Assembly (NCBI RefSeq): GCF_009914755.1 | Contig: NC_060934.1 | From: the human T2T-CHM13v2.0 reference genome, Homo sapiens | Reading direction: 5' to 3' (one strand) | DNA length: 64,000 nucleotides | Shown here: one piece after another, positions 26,076-41,813 of the stretch | Numbering within the stretch: the first letter of the stretch is position 1 | Layout: every line of letters starts with the position of its first letter | Made by a program: the position numbers and the translations under genes | The notes under the pieces: model-generated | What the model saw: only the letters and a program-made list of their open reading frames with translations | Databases searched by the model: none | What the model was told of the DNA's origin: nothing

Positions 26076-26878
26076 ATTAGTTACACCGTTGCATAAAGAT
26101 CAGGGCAAAAAGTGAAAAACTCAAATAATTCATTCCAACAAATGAAATGCTAATGCCGTTGCTATGTAGCAATGCTAGGTTCATTAGCCGCCTTTGCTTG
26201 GCATACCATCTGCAGATCTCCTCCGTTTATCCCACCAGCCTCGGGACATTTTAAAGAGTGGAATATGTCATAACCCATTCATGTTGACTCAATACCAAAT
26301 GACATCTCTGTTTTCTGTAACACAAAATAAAGTTTGTCACACTTGGCTAATAGTTCTTAATGAGGATTAGGTTCTTTTTCATTCTTTTTTAACATTCCCC
26401 TAAGAGACACAATGTCAAATCGAGTAATTGTTTAATGAATGACTCTAAAGCAATTTGATGATGCAAAAACACAAATAGTGTTTAGCACAGATTCTAAATA
26501 ATCACAACTGTTATTTTGAGCCAAATAGGCTGAATTTTCATTCTGAGGCATGTCAATAAAATAATTTATTCTAAGCTTTGATAATTCTGGGCAAACTTGG
26601 GAAATAAAGCAAGTGAGTAAGTTTGTCCTATGGAAGTCTTGTTACCCATGTGTATGTTCTCACCTCACCTCCTGAAATGTGACCCCTGACCTGTAGCAGG
26701 CTCTCAGAACACTCCTGCCCCCTCTAGGTGTCAGGATTTCTCCAGCTGTGCAATGTACCCCAACCCCATCACCACCCTGTGATTGACAGTCCTCTCTGAA
26801 ACAGTGGTCCAGGTATTTGCCAAAATATTTACCTCTCCTGTAATCTGTTCCCCCAAGACCACTCTCTGCTGATATTGA

Positions 26879-27270
<392 letters not shown>

Positions 27271-27272
27271 TG

Positions 27273-27578
27273 TTGTTTTCTTTAGAGACAGGGTCTCACT
27301 TTGTTCCCCAGGCTGGAGTGCAGTGGCGTGATCACAGCTCATGATAACTTTGAAGTCCTGGGCTCAAGCGAAAGCAATCCTCCTGCCTCAGCCTCCTGAG
27401 TAGCAAGGACTACAGGCACACACCACCATGCCCGGCTAAATTTTTAATTTTTTTTTGTAAAGACAAGGTCTTCCTATTTTGCTCAAGCTGGTCTGAAACT
27501 CCTGGCCTCAAGTGATCCTCCTACCTTTGCCTCCCAAAGGGCTGGGATTACAGGCCTGAACAACAGAGCTCAGCCAGC
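27273..27578 (-). mobile_element. AluJ
   Basis: Diverged full dimer. Confidence 0.9.
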
Positions 27579-27819
27579 CTATAGATTCTTTAAGAGAAAA
27601 TACTGTAATCTGAGAGAAGAATTTTAATTGGGGTTGGGGGGGGCAATCCTTTGACCATTAATAGAAACATATAGGGTTAAGTTTTTGAAACTCATCTCAT
27701 GAATCCACAAATTTAGCCTCATTTCCATCTTTTCCATAGCCCCATCACATGCTATAGATATTCCTTTAGCCCTTTGCAGAGCAGCCTCACATATAGATAG
27801 GCCAATTTTCTCTCCCTTT

Positions 27820-28278
27820 TGTTAGATGTACCATCTTGTTGATTCATTAGCATTGAACTCATGGCCAACACCACCATAATTCTGAGTGAGGTTTATCTAA
27901 CACATGTATTCTCTCTCTAAGGCACATCACAGCCTCTTTGTACTGAGAAACAATAGAGAGCTCATCAAGGCTCTGCTTGGGGGCCATACTAAACAGCAGA
28001 ATCAATCAAAAAAGCATAAAAATGTGAAAACTTGACACTAAATAAACCTTGAAAAGGATACTCACAGTATGAGAGCCGAAGCAAGAAGGCAGACTGTGGC
28101 CTTGTTCAATTTCACCTAGGAATGTACATATCAGGCAACTTACATTTTTTGCTGCTCTGGACATGACTGCAAATGACCACAAAATCTTGTAAGCATTGAT
28201 TTAAGGATTATAAATAACCACTATTGAGTAGGCAAATTCGCAAATATGCAATCAGGAAATAATGAGGATTGACTGTAT
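27820..28278. mobile_element. MER82 (TcMar-Tigger)
   Basis: Terminus GGCAAATTCGCAAATATG...AATAATGAGGATTGACTG-TA. Confidence 0.8.
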
Positions 28279-28415
28279 TAGCCTCATCTTATGAAGAAAC
28301 AGAAGTAGACAGAATAATTTGCTTAAGGTAACATAGCTAGGAAAAAAAGTAGAAGTCAATCACCAAGCCTCTGTGAATGCATCCTATATATAAGCTATAA
28401 TGCCACAGTGCTTTC

Positions 28416-28709
<294 letters not shown>

Positions 28710-28949
28710 GACAACTTTCATCATCATCAACACTGTCCTACTGAATGACATATTCTGTCTGGTCCTGCTGAAAAGTCAAACAAGCATTGGAAGCCACCAA
28801 GCTTTATATATCTCAGGAAACTGATCTCTCTTAGAGACATATTCTAGGCCCTTCCTTCTCCGCTTTATGGGACAGAAGAAACCTGCCTTCTGGTCAATCT
28901 AAAATCCTTGTATAAATTCAGAAATGGTATTGCAATAGATTAAGTGCTT

Positions 28950-29120
28950 TGCAGTCACGGCCTTGATTTTTAAATCAGCTCCCCTGTATACTGGTTGTGA
29001 CCCTAATGCTTTCAGTATCCTCTGCAAAACCGGGATTGCAATGCTGATTTCATATGATTATCCTGAGGATTAAATGATAATAAGCAGAAGGAGTCAAATT
29101 CAGAATAAGCACCTGGAAAT
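28950..29120. mobile_element. MIR
   Basis: CTTCAGTATCCTCTGCAAAAC...TGAGGATTAAATGA. Confidence 0.55.
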
Positions 29121-29825
29121 TAACATGCCTTACTCTTGAGAATTTGTTCTTCGGGGGCCTCCCAGAACCTATTCAGCAAAGGGACTTTTCACTGCTCTTG
29201 GTTTCTGCACACAGGCGCTGCAAAAGCAAAAGCAAAACAACTGGCACTTCTATCATCCTATGATAATAACAGGCACATTGCCCTGTAAAACTCCACAACT
29301 CAGCTCCAGCTACACTCCCCTCTTTGTCAAGGGCAGTGTATATGCAAGATACATATATAGTAGCTCCAGGGTGGAGGTTCCAATATTCCATAGTCAGACA
29401 CAGCTTGAAAACAAACGCAAACCCGCTTAGAATTAAAGCTCTAAGTCTGCCATGAACAGTTGCTTCTCAACTTCAACCTCTTTAAAAAGCACTTGTGTTT
29501 TGATTTTCAATTCTGGTTCACAAATCACTCCATCTGGTCTGGCCAATCACGATGCACGAGAAGCACTGAATTTAGTGTATCTTATTTATATATATATGTA
29601 ATCCCAGAGGATGTGTTAATGTAAAAATGAAACAAGTTTGAAATGATGCAGGGGAAAAGATGGAAAGATTTCATGAATACTTCTCTAAGCCCAGAGGGTT
29701 AGCTTAAGATGGGAAACCTAAGTGCCTTCAAAGAAAGATCACAATACCTTAAGGTAGTGCCAAAGAAATTGTTACTCATGGTAGGCAAGGTTAAAAGTAA
29801 GGATGATGTGCTATTTAAAATATGA

Positions 29826-30103
29826 ACCAGGTGTGGTAGGTCATGCCTGTAATCCCAGCACTTTGGGAGGCTGAGGCAGGTGGATCACTTGAGGTCAGGA
29901 GTTGGAGATCAGCATACCCAACATGGCAAAACCCCATCTCTACTAAAAATACAAAAATTTTCTGGGCATGGCGGTGCATGCCTGTAATCCCAGCTACTCA
30001 GGAGGCTGATGCAGAATTGCTTGAACCCAGGAGTCAGAGGTTGCTGTGAGCCGAGAATGCACCACTCCAGAATGGGCAACAGAGCAATACCCTGTCTCAA
30101 AAA
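29826..30103 (+). mobile_element. Alu (S/J)
   Basis: Full dimer; TSD AAAATATGAA. Confidence 0.9.
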
Positions 30104-30218
30104 TAAATCAGTAAAAATATGAACTAAGCAAGAAGAGATACCTATGTCATTGACACATCTTCCTCATAGTGGAAGGATCATGAGAAGTAAGATTTGAATC
30201 TGAATCTTCAGTCCTTTA

Positions 30219-30635
<417 letters not shown>

Positions 30636-31118
30636 TCAGGATTAAAATTAGAAAATATTTGTGCTATAAGATATGTCTCAATAAAACTCCATCTGTTCTT
30701 TCTAAAAGGAAGGATTGTTGATTGCCAATATATCGTTGAGATGAATTTCTTCATCAAAGCATTTTAATCATTTATTCAACTTTTACTGACCATCTTCCAT
30801 GTGTTAGGCACTGTGCTAAACACTGTAAGTCAGAAATCCTCACTCTTCTTGTGTGTGTGTGTGTGTGTGTGTTAGGGCTGGGGGGTTGGTGGTAGAGAAG
30901 GAACATGACAATATTTATGGATGTCTCTTCAGAGCTATAGATCTTTTACTTTTTGGTGCCATGAACTTGATGTGTCAGCAAGGGCTCTACCCTTACAATG
31001 ATCCCCAAAGGGAATCAAATACAACTTCTCCCATAAAACCTTCCCTCAATATTTCAAGCAGAAGCAATCACTTCTGTACGCTTATTACGCCTCTTATTTA
31101 CTCATTTTACAAAAATTT

Positions 31119-31254
31119 GTCCAGGCACAGTGGCTCACGGCTGCAATCTCAGCACTTTGGGAGGCCCTGGCAGAAGGATCACTTGAAACCAGGAGTTCAA
31201 GACTGGCCCAGGCAACATAGTAAGACCCTGTCTCTATAACAATCAATCAATCAA
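31119..31254 (+). mobile_element. FLAM
   Basis: Left monomer with (CAAT)n tail. Confidence 0.8.
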
Positions 31255-32827
31255 AATAAGAATGTATTCACTTTTTCATTTTATAAGGTTATTGGACTCC
31301 TACTAAAGATGTTACATGAAATAGATACAGAGAGAAAACCAGAAACCTAATTTTCCTCCCTTCCCTCCAGAAATGTCTCCATTGAGGAGGGAAATTAAGA
31401 TACACACACAAATGTTTTAATTCCTTACAAGTGGTAAAGATACAAAAGGGGAAAACATCACTTCTCAGCATGATCAAAGGCAGCCTTGTGGAGGATGGAC
31501 TTTATAGGATGAATGGGATTTCCATAAATAAACACAGTAAGATACAGAAAACACATCTTTTGGTCTCAGCAGACGCTTATCAGGCGCTGCCTTGCTCTCT
31601 ATTCATGTCCACATCTCATCTCCCCATCTGGCTTCTTACCTCCTTGACAGCCCCGGAGACTGTGCATCACTTTTTTCTACTGCTCCCACATCACATGACA
31701 TTATGTACATGTATCAGAAAAAGGTGGCTTTTCTGTCCAGATTGGATATAATCAGTGGTCCTCAGTAGTTTGCGAAGTGTTCAGTTCATCTCCTCCACCC
31801 TGAAACTCTTTCTTCTCTGTGTGCATTTCAGGCAGGATGAGACTAACTCAAAGAACACCCAAAAGGTGAAAATCTGTTCTGCTTTTCAAGACCCAGGGAA
31901 GAGAACCCCACAACACTCTGAAAGCTGAGAGCGCCTACATTTTCATCATGCAGCTGCCCCCAAATCTTAAAGATCTTAATAACCAATCAGGACATGTCTG
32001 TGAGCCAGTAACAGAATATGTCCACATGATAGATATTACATGTATGCTTCTTTGCTCATCTTTGACATTTTTTGTGGCCTCTTCCTTCTCTTGAGTTCAA
32101 CAGAGTGCTACCCAGGGATCTTGTCTGTCCCTGAACAGGAGATAGAGTTGTGGACTTTGACACAGGCAACACAACTTACCTTCCTAGTTAGGATTTGCTT
32201 AGAGGGTCAGATCCAATCTGAGGGCTGTTTTCATTTCTAAGGCATTATCAAGATGTGAAGTTACTACAGCACTGAATTAGCATATGCTGTTGCAATTTTT
32301 TTGGCACCAATGCAGTTTTTTATGTCGCTAGAAAACGTTATTACTATGGTTTTTGGAAGGGAAAAATAAATGGTTGGAGAAATAGGTCTGATATCATTTA
32401 AAAAAAATATGTGTGTTCTAAACTCCCAGGGACTATCTCACTGCAGAAGATATGGCTCTGAATTTCCTTGCATTTTGAACAAGGGCCACAGCTCACCATG
32501 TATCCGCAGACGTAATGTAATGTCACCCAATTCACATGTATATGTTAGCTTTGAAAAGCGTTTTGCACTGCTTCTTGGGATGCTCTAGGATTGTTCTGTC
32601 TTATTATTTTCTCACTTTCACATTGCTTTTTGGCTCCTATTGTGGAGACTGGAGGTGAAAGCCGATTCGTAAGCCTTGGGAAAATCTTTTATTATGGAAT
32701 ACAATTCCTATTTCAAACACATGTTCTTGTTTTAAGCAAAGATAATATCTGTGAAAGCAAAAGGTATATCTGTAAAAGAAAAAAAAAGATAATGATATCA
32801 TTGTATAAATAGAGACCAAGTTTCTAA

Positions 32828-33040
<213 letters not shown>

Positions 33041-33274
33041 TGAGCATTATTTTTGATCCCATAACTACGGCCATAACTCTTAATTTAAATGTGTTGCAGG
33101 CAGTGTTGGAAAGACATTGGTTCACATTGGTCATGAGTATTGAATCTTTTCCACCATAATCATAAGTTCATAAGAGAAATTCTAGCCTTCTTTCCAAGTA
33201 CTAGAACTTAAAATGTATTTCCTTTGTCTATTAAATAAAATAATCACTATCTGTTGGAGTTAGAAGGAAATTCA

Positions 33275-33603
<329 letters not shown>

Positions 33604-34009
33604 TCAGAAAGACAGAAAGAAATTTCAGTTGGCCTGGGACAAATCTTGTTTTCTCAAGTTCTCATGGCTGGTTGTTGGTAGAGCAGCTCTCAAAATGTAT
33701 GCCCTCCACTTTAAAGTTCCTGAATTCCTAGCTAATACTCTTCACCCTGCCTCTGTGTTTGCATAGGAACAGAAGCATAATGTTCAGTTTTACAGAGTTG
33801 CATCCCCTTCAGCATTGTCGAGGTCTGTCTGATAGGCAGAATAATGGCCCCTCTCCAAAGACATCAAGGTCTTAGTGTCCAGAACCTATAAATACGCTAC
33901 GTTACATGGTAAGGGGAAATGAATGTTGCAGGTAGAATTAAGGCTGAACTTGAACTGGAGAGATTATTCTGAATTGTCCAAGTGAGCCCAGTGTCATCAG
34001 AAGGGTCCT

Positions 34010-34357
34010 TAATATGGTTTGGCTCTGTGTCCCCATCCAAATCTCATTTTGAATTGTAGCTCCTATAATTCCCATGCATTGTGGGAGGGACCCAGTGGGA
34101 GATAATTGAATCATACTGGCCTCGTGGTAGTGAATAAGTCTTACGAGATCTGACGGTTTTATAAGGTGTTTTCACTTTTGCTTCTCTCTCATTCTCTCTC
34201 TTGCCTGTCACCATGTAAGATGTGTCTTTTGCCTTCTGCCATGATTGTGAGGCCTTTCCAGCCAGGTGGAACTGGGAGTCTATTAAACCTCTTTTTCTTT
34301 ATAATTTACCCCATCTCAGGTAGGTCTTTATCAGCAGTGTGAAAATGGACTAATACA
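34010..34357 (+). mobile_element. THE1/MST solo LTR
   Basis: (T)AATATGGTTTGGCTCTGTGTCCCC...GGACTAATACA; 5-bp TSD GTCCT. Confidence 0.92.
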
Positions 34358-34568
34358 GTCCTTATAAGTGAAAGAGGGAGGCAGGAGAGGTGGATTCAAA
34401 GTGATGCTATGTGAGAAAGACTCAGCCAGGTATTGCTGGCTTTGAAGACAAAAGGGAGACATGAACCAAGAATGTGGCAGCCTCTAGAAGCTGGAAAAGG
34501 CAAGCAAATTGTTCTCCTCCAGCCTCACCCCTGCAAAGGAAGCATCCATGCTGGCATGTTAATTTTAG

Positions 34569-34890
<322 letters not shown>

Positions 34891-35227
34891 GCCACTTTTG
34901 ATTTCCATAAATGTAAGATAATAAATTTGTGTTGTTTTAATCCACGAAGTGTTTGGTAATTTATTACAGCAACAATAGGAAACTAATACACTATTCAAGT
35001 GTGCATTCAGTTCAGTTTCTTCTTTGGCATAAAGAAAGGCACTAAATATGCTTTCTCCAACAAGGCACAGAAAAGAAAAACCACCATTGGTTATTTCCAT
35101 CAGAAGATACTCTGCAGAGCTCAACAAAACCAGCCCTTGGGACATAAAACCAATTTATCTCCATCACTCAGTATCTCTGCACCCACCCTAAATGGCACAG
35201 CACCCCAACAGAAGGTGCAAACCACCC

Positions 35228-35720
35228 TGCATCAGTCAGGGGCCTAGCAGGGAACAGATGCCTCATTCACAGAGGGAATTTGGAGAGATATGTTAAAGTG
35301 GCTATGTGCAGCATGGTAGCCAATGTTAAGGGTACCCAAGAAGGGACAATGAATCACCCAGGGATGAGCAACAGAGGGAAACTGGGCCTAGGACTAAAGA
35401 GATAGGGGTGGGAGCAAGTGCTAGAACTCAGTGAGACCTCACGCTGTGGGACAGGGCTGCCTGACAAGAGCCATAGCCTTGGTAGAAGAATAGGGCCCCT
35501 GCCTATCTTAGACTATGGAGAGAGGGAACCAGGAGAATAAACACCCTGACTTTTCTCTCCTCCTACACTTGACTTTCCTGCCAGTGCTTCCCATTGGCTG
35601 AAATCTAACAGAAATCAGGAGACAAAAAAGAGTGGCTGATGTCCTCTACATCTACAAAGGCCAGCCTCCCAGGGAAGACTAGCAAGGTGGAGAAAGGAGA
35701 ATTCTGAATCTAGATGACCA
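35228..35720 (-). mobile_element. old MLT1-family LTR
   Basis: CATCAGTCAGGG.CC.AGCAGG...CCTGCCAGTGCTTCCCATTGGCTGAA. Confidence 0.6.
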
Positions 35721-36072
35721 AACAGAATGCTGGCTGGACGCAGTACTGGTCAGACCCAGCGGGACATTTCTTATGGCAGTACGATTTATAGGATTGTGAT
35801 ATTTTTTGACCGAGAAACATTAGAAAATTTACTAAAGAAGTTTTTTTACTTGGCCTTCTGATGCTGCAATAAGAAAGACAGGTTTCTATGGACTTACCCC
35901 TCTTACATTTACAGGAATTAAAAGACAGATGATGAAATAGTCTAAGAATCAAGAGTAAGTCCAAAGTAGAGCCAATAAAAGCTTAACTCACTCAATGGCT
36001 TATTAGTCTACTCTCATGCTGCTGATACAGACATTCCCAAGACTGGGTAATTTATAAAGAAAAAGAGGTTTA

Positions 36073-36498
<426 letters not shown>

Positions 36499-37699
36499 TC
36501 AATGGACTTACATCCATATGGCTAGAGAGGCCTCACAATCATGGCAGAAGGCAAAAGGCACATCTTACATGGCGGCAGGGAAGAGAGAAAGCTTGTGCAG
36601 GGAAACTCCCCTTTATAAAACCATCAGATCTCATAAGACTATTCACTATCACGAGAAGAGTGTGAGAAAGACCAGCCCCAGTGATTCAGTTACCTCCCAC
36701 CTGGTCCCTCCCATGACATGTGAGAATTGCAGGAGCTACAATTCAAGCTGAGATTTGGGTGGGGACACAGCCAAATCATATCACTTGGATTCTCAAACTG
36801 ACTAGGAAACAGTTGTCCTTCCTAAAACTTTAATTAAAGAACTCTTCAGTCAAAAGTCTCATTGCTCTAAAGAGACCCCATAACCTATGGCCACCATTTC
36901 TGCACTCATGTCCACCCTAATATATTTTATACCACAGTATAGAGAATCAGATAGACCAAACTTGGAATCAGCTCAGACTTCCACTTCAACTGAACATGGG
37001 TAATTCCTTCAGCATCACTGACCTGGACAAAGAGAAGTTGAAGGGATGTATACGTGGAATCAGTTCACACAACATCTTCATGCTGAAACATGAACCCTGA
37101 TATGTAGTCCTTTTCTTTTCAGCACTTGGATGGAGGCAGGAAGCTCAACTGCCTTCAATGCCCCCACCCATCCCTCCTAAGCATTAATAGAGAACAGAGA
37201 GAAGCAGCATGATGATCAGCATGAGGCCTGAAGTCTCTTGGAGATTCTAGCCAGCTGGTGGCCCTAGGGATGAAAGAATCCATATTCTCAGGATGTGTGA
37301 ACAGCCCACTTATGGGTTTTAACCAGTGAAAATCAATAACAGGCTTAGAGACCTTGCAAATTACCCTCCAGTTCTCTAGCAGTTACTCATGCTCTGGGGA
37401 TCAGGAGGATATAGCATGAGGTGCATTTATACATAGTTACAAAGAACTCAGCTCTGTTGGTAAAATTGTATGGTGTTAACTGAAGACAGAAGTTTGTTCC
37501 ATATCCCAGGAGCCAAGTTTACCCTTACCCAATTCCCTAATTAACGTTAGTTTCCACATTGGCTATATTATCTCCATATACCCTTTCCATGTAGAAGAAC
37601 TTCACTGTCATATAGATGCCTCTTTGAACGTTACTAAAGTTTCTTTAAACCTTGACTTGACAGCAATTCCACAAGGTATTAAATAACATCCAATACTTT

Positions 37700-37880
37700 G
37701 TGGAATGCCTCCATTCCCTATTGTCAAAATATTTGGAGAAGGTACTCACCGTCCAAGTACATAATGGAGTAAATGAGTCAGGAAAGAACGTTTTTGGTAA
37801 TTAACACATAAGGTGATATTAACATTAATATGTTCTGAAGGCGTCTGGACCTCCGTTTTCTCCCACACACATTGGCGTAA
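37700..37880. promoter_or_regulatory. candidate enhancer (TEAD + AP-1 motif cluster)
   Basis: GGAATG 37702, CATTCC 37712, TGAGTCA 37774; motif matches only. Confidence 0.25.
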
Positions 37881-37956
37881 TTTCAGATAGAATAACTTTT
37901 GACATTTAATCTACTTAGCAAAAAAAAGTTCTTTGTAGTTATCAGTGCTATTAACT

Positions 37957-38252
<296 letters not shown>

Positions 38253-38891
38253 AATTCGCTTATATTTATAGTTATGTTTATCCTGGGTACATGGCCAGCT
38301 ACCTGCCCACTTTAAAGTTAAATTTTTAAAAAATCTGACTTACTGTAGCCAGTGAAGGTGAGTGGCTCTAATGTACACCAATTCTTGGGAAACACCTATA
38401 AGATATATACATGGTCTGCCCTGTTCTTTTCCCCTGGCATAGGTAGCAGGGATACCCCTGTAGCTGGGGTGAAGGTCCCCAAGCCTGAGTCTCAGAGTGA
38501 GGACAACAGGAAGCAGAGACCCTGCTGCTCTGAGATGAACAACTAGTATCACCAAGAACCCGATCTGTTCTCAGCCTACACTTTCTGTGGAAATGGACGA
38601 AACTCATCAGAATCACACACACACAAAATACCTGTGTGGCCCTAAGGTCCAAACCCCTTTCATAACAGTGTGTATTTCACAGTCCACGTGGGTGCTTAAG
38701 GTGCTTGAGATTACTGGAGTCATTACCATATTACAGCCACACCTCTCCTGATTGACAAAAGACAACTTTAAACTTGCCACAGTTTCTCTCACAATGAGTC
38801 AATTGACAATGAAATGGAGACAGTGTATTTTAATGAAGAAAACATGAGTTTTGTAATCAGCTTGATTTGGTTGAAATCAAAAGAGTTTACC

Positions 38892-39194
38892 AGCCAGGAG
38901 CAGTTGCTCATGCCTGTAATCCCAGCACAGGAGGCTGAGGTGGTAGGATTAGTTGAGCCCAGGAGTTTGAGATCAGCCTGAGCAATGTAGGGAGACTCTG
39001 TCTCTACAAAACATAAAAATAAATTAGCCAATTGTGGTGGCATACACCTGTGGTCCCAGTTACTCAGGAGGCTGAAGCAGGAGGATTGCTTGAGCCAAGG
39101 AGGTAAGGCTGCAGTGAGCTGTGATTACTCCACTGCACACCAGCCTGGATGACAGAGCAAAATCCTGTCTCAAAAAAGAAAAATAAAATAAAAA
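38892..39194 (+). mobile_element. AluJ
   Basis: Diverged dimer; AAAAG.GAGTTTA on both flanks. Confidence 0.9.
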
Positions 39195-39428
39195 GGGAGT
39201 TTATCACTTACTGTTTATGTGATCTTATCAAGCCACATAGATATTTTGAACTTTACTTTCTCCAACTATCAAATGGAATAATACTATACATCTTACCGAG
39301 TGCAGCAAAAAATCAATGACATAATGTTAAGTATCAAGCTCAGTGTATGTAGTAACCATTACTGTCTATCCTTTTCTCCCACACTCAGACCCCTTCTGGT
39401 AATGAAATACTGGAAGAACTGACTAGAT

Positions 39429-39657
39429 CAGGAATGGACAAACTATAGCACACAGGCCAAATCTGGCCCACTACCTGGTTTTGTAGATAAAGTTTTATTA
39501 GAATGCAGCTATACTCATTTATTTATACATTGGCTATGACATTTTGTACACTACAAATTCAGAATTAGAGTAGATGCAACAGAGACTGTATAGCCTACAA
39601 AGCCTAAAATATTTACTCTCTGAACCTTCACAGAAAAAAAAAAATTGCTGACCCCTT
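39429..39657 (+). mobile_element. MER58A (hAT-Charlie)
   Basis: GGCCAAATCTGGCCC...AAAGTTTTATT...AAATATTTACT; perfect 8-bp TSD GACTAGAT (39421-39428 and 39658-39665). Confidence 0.9.
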
Positions 39658-40861
39658 GACTAGATTCATTCATAACCTGGACAATTCAGTTTCTCATATG
39701 AATCAACTCAGAGCGTCTTTGTCCTGAACAAGTCAATACTGTGAAGTGTACTAGTTGTAGATGATATTTCCCCTCCAAAGAGCTCATTGGAAACTTGCTC
39801 ACTGCCTGGGTGAGACTCTGCCCTAGATTTTACAGTCAACTGTAAAATGTACTAAAAGGCAGCCAAAAGATTGCTCTACATCTAGCTCCTTGAATATCAC
39901 AAATTAGCACTTGTGTATTCACTTAATAATTCATTCAACAAACATCTGCTTAGATGCCAGTTATACACCAACAAACAGTGCTACGCAATGAAGATAGGGA
40001 GATAAACAAGGGGCAGGCTCCCACTCCAGAAGCTCTCCGACTAGCAGAGTGGCAAATATGTAAATAAATAAATGCAACCCAATACAGAGAGTTAGTAGCC
40101 AATAAGCTTACAGGCATATGAATAGGTTAAAAGTTTATACACATAAGCAAACTATAGCAAGAAGATGAAATGAAGTGATACCTGAGCAGAATAGATCAGA
40201 TTTCTTGATACAAAGCATCCCAGCGTGAGAAGCTCTGCATGTGTAGAAGCAAAAATCAACCGCAGCACCAACAAAGCATCTAGCAGACTTACGTGTAGGT
40301 GGAGCCTGCATTTCCATCTTCAGATCGTACCTCGGTCAGTATCCTGCTGTGCTCCCCAGCTGTGACAGCTAGGCAACGTTTTGTGACATTTTTCTTGACC
40401 TTGGAGTTTGCTGCTCAACACCACCACAACTTATTCTTGGTTAGATCTGACATGGTTCTTGTCTCTGAAATCTGGACTCACCCAGAGGTGTTCCTGCTGC
40501 TGTGTGGCTCAGACAACCTCACCCCAAGCTTTGGACATTCTCCTGCCCCGCCCTGAGGCACTTGCCCTCCTTTTCACTTCTGACCCAGATGTACCAATAA
40601 ACTAACTTTGTCCTGCTTCCCATTATCCCAATCCTAACTGGATTCTGTTGAGTGAAGTTTTACAGAAAAAGATTTTTCCAAGGAGCAAATACAGACAGTT
40701 ATTTTGGTTATATAGAACAGAATGTTTGAAGTTGCAGAGGTCTGAAAAAACCAAGTGTGTTTAGTAAACCCAAAAAGTTTTATATGGATGGTATATAGAC
40801 TAAACGGTAGAGAGTAGCAGAAGACAAAACTAAAAAACGGAAATGGGCCAGATTATGGAGG

Positions 40862-41288
40862 TGTCTTGGTCCATTTGCATTGCTCTAAAGGAATAACTGA
40901 GGCTAGGTTATTTATAAAGAGAAGAGATTTATTTGGCTCATGGTCCTGCAGGCTGTACAAGAAGCATGGCGCCAATATCTGCTTCTGATGAAAGCCTCAG
41001 GAAGCTTCCACTTAAGGATGGAAGGCCAAAGGGAGCTGGTGTATGCAAACGACACAGTGAAAGAGAAAGTGCCACAAAGAAGAGGAGGTCCTAGGCTCTT
41101 TTCAAATAGCAGCTTTTGCAGGAACTAAGTGAGAACTCACTCACTCCCACAAGAATGGCACGAAGCCATTTATGAGGAACCCATCCCCATGACCTAAACA
41201 CGTCCCACTGGGCCCCACCACCAATACTGGAAATCAAATTTTAACATGAGACTTGATGGGGTCACATAAACCACATCAAACCATAGCA
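40862..41288 (-). mobile_element. MSTB-like solo LTR inside L2
   Basis: TGTCTTGGTCCATTTGCATTGCT...AAACCATAGCA. Confidence 0.9.
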
Positions 41289-41507
41289 GAGGGCACTGGA
41301 AATCATCCAAAGGAAAATGTACTTCATTCTGTAGCTAGTAGAGAATCACAGAAGAATTTTAAAAGAACAGTCATGTGATGGTATTTACATCTTAAAATAC
41401 TACTTTAGAGGTAATACGGTGTATGCTTGGAGGAGGAGTGCACAGCCTTGAGGAAGAAAAAACAGTTAGCTGGCCATTGTCATAGCTCAGGTAAAAAATG
41501 AGAGCCT

Positions 41508-41621
41508 GCCAGCCACAGGGATTGACATCTGTAATCCCAGAACTTTGGGAGGCTGACATGGGAAGATCACTTGAGCCCAGGAGTTTGAGACCAGCCTGGG
41601 TGACAAAGCAAGACCCTATCC

Positions 41622-41669
<48 letters not shown>

Positions 41670-41813
41670 TGGAGTCAGGCATGCTGGTGTGCACCTATAG
41701 TCCCAACTACTTGGGAGGCTGAGGTGGGAGGATCACTTCAGCCCAGAAATTCAAAGCTGCAGTGAGCAGTGATCACACCACTGCACTCCAGGCTGTGACA
41801 GAGTGAGACCCTG
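41508..41813 (+). mobile_element. AluJ with expanded A/(TA) linker and GA-rich tail to about 41955
   Basis: Both Alu arms recognisable. Confidence 0.85.
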
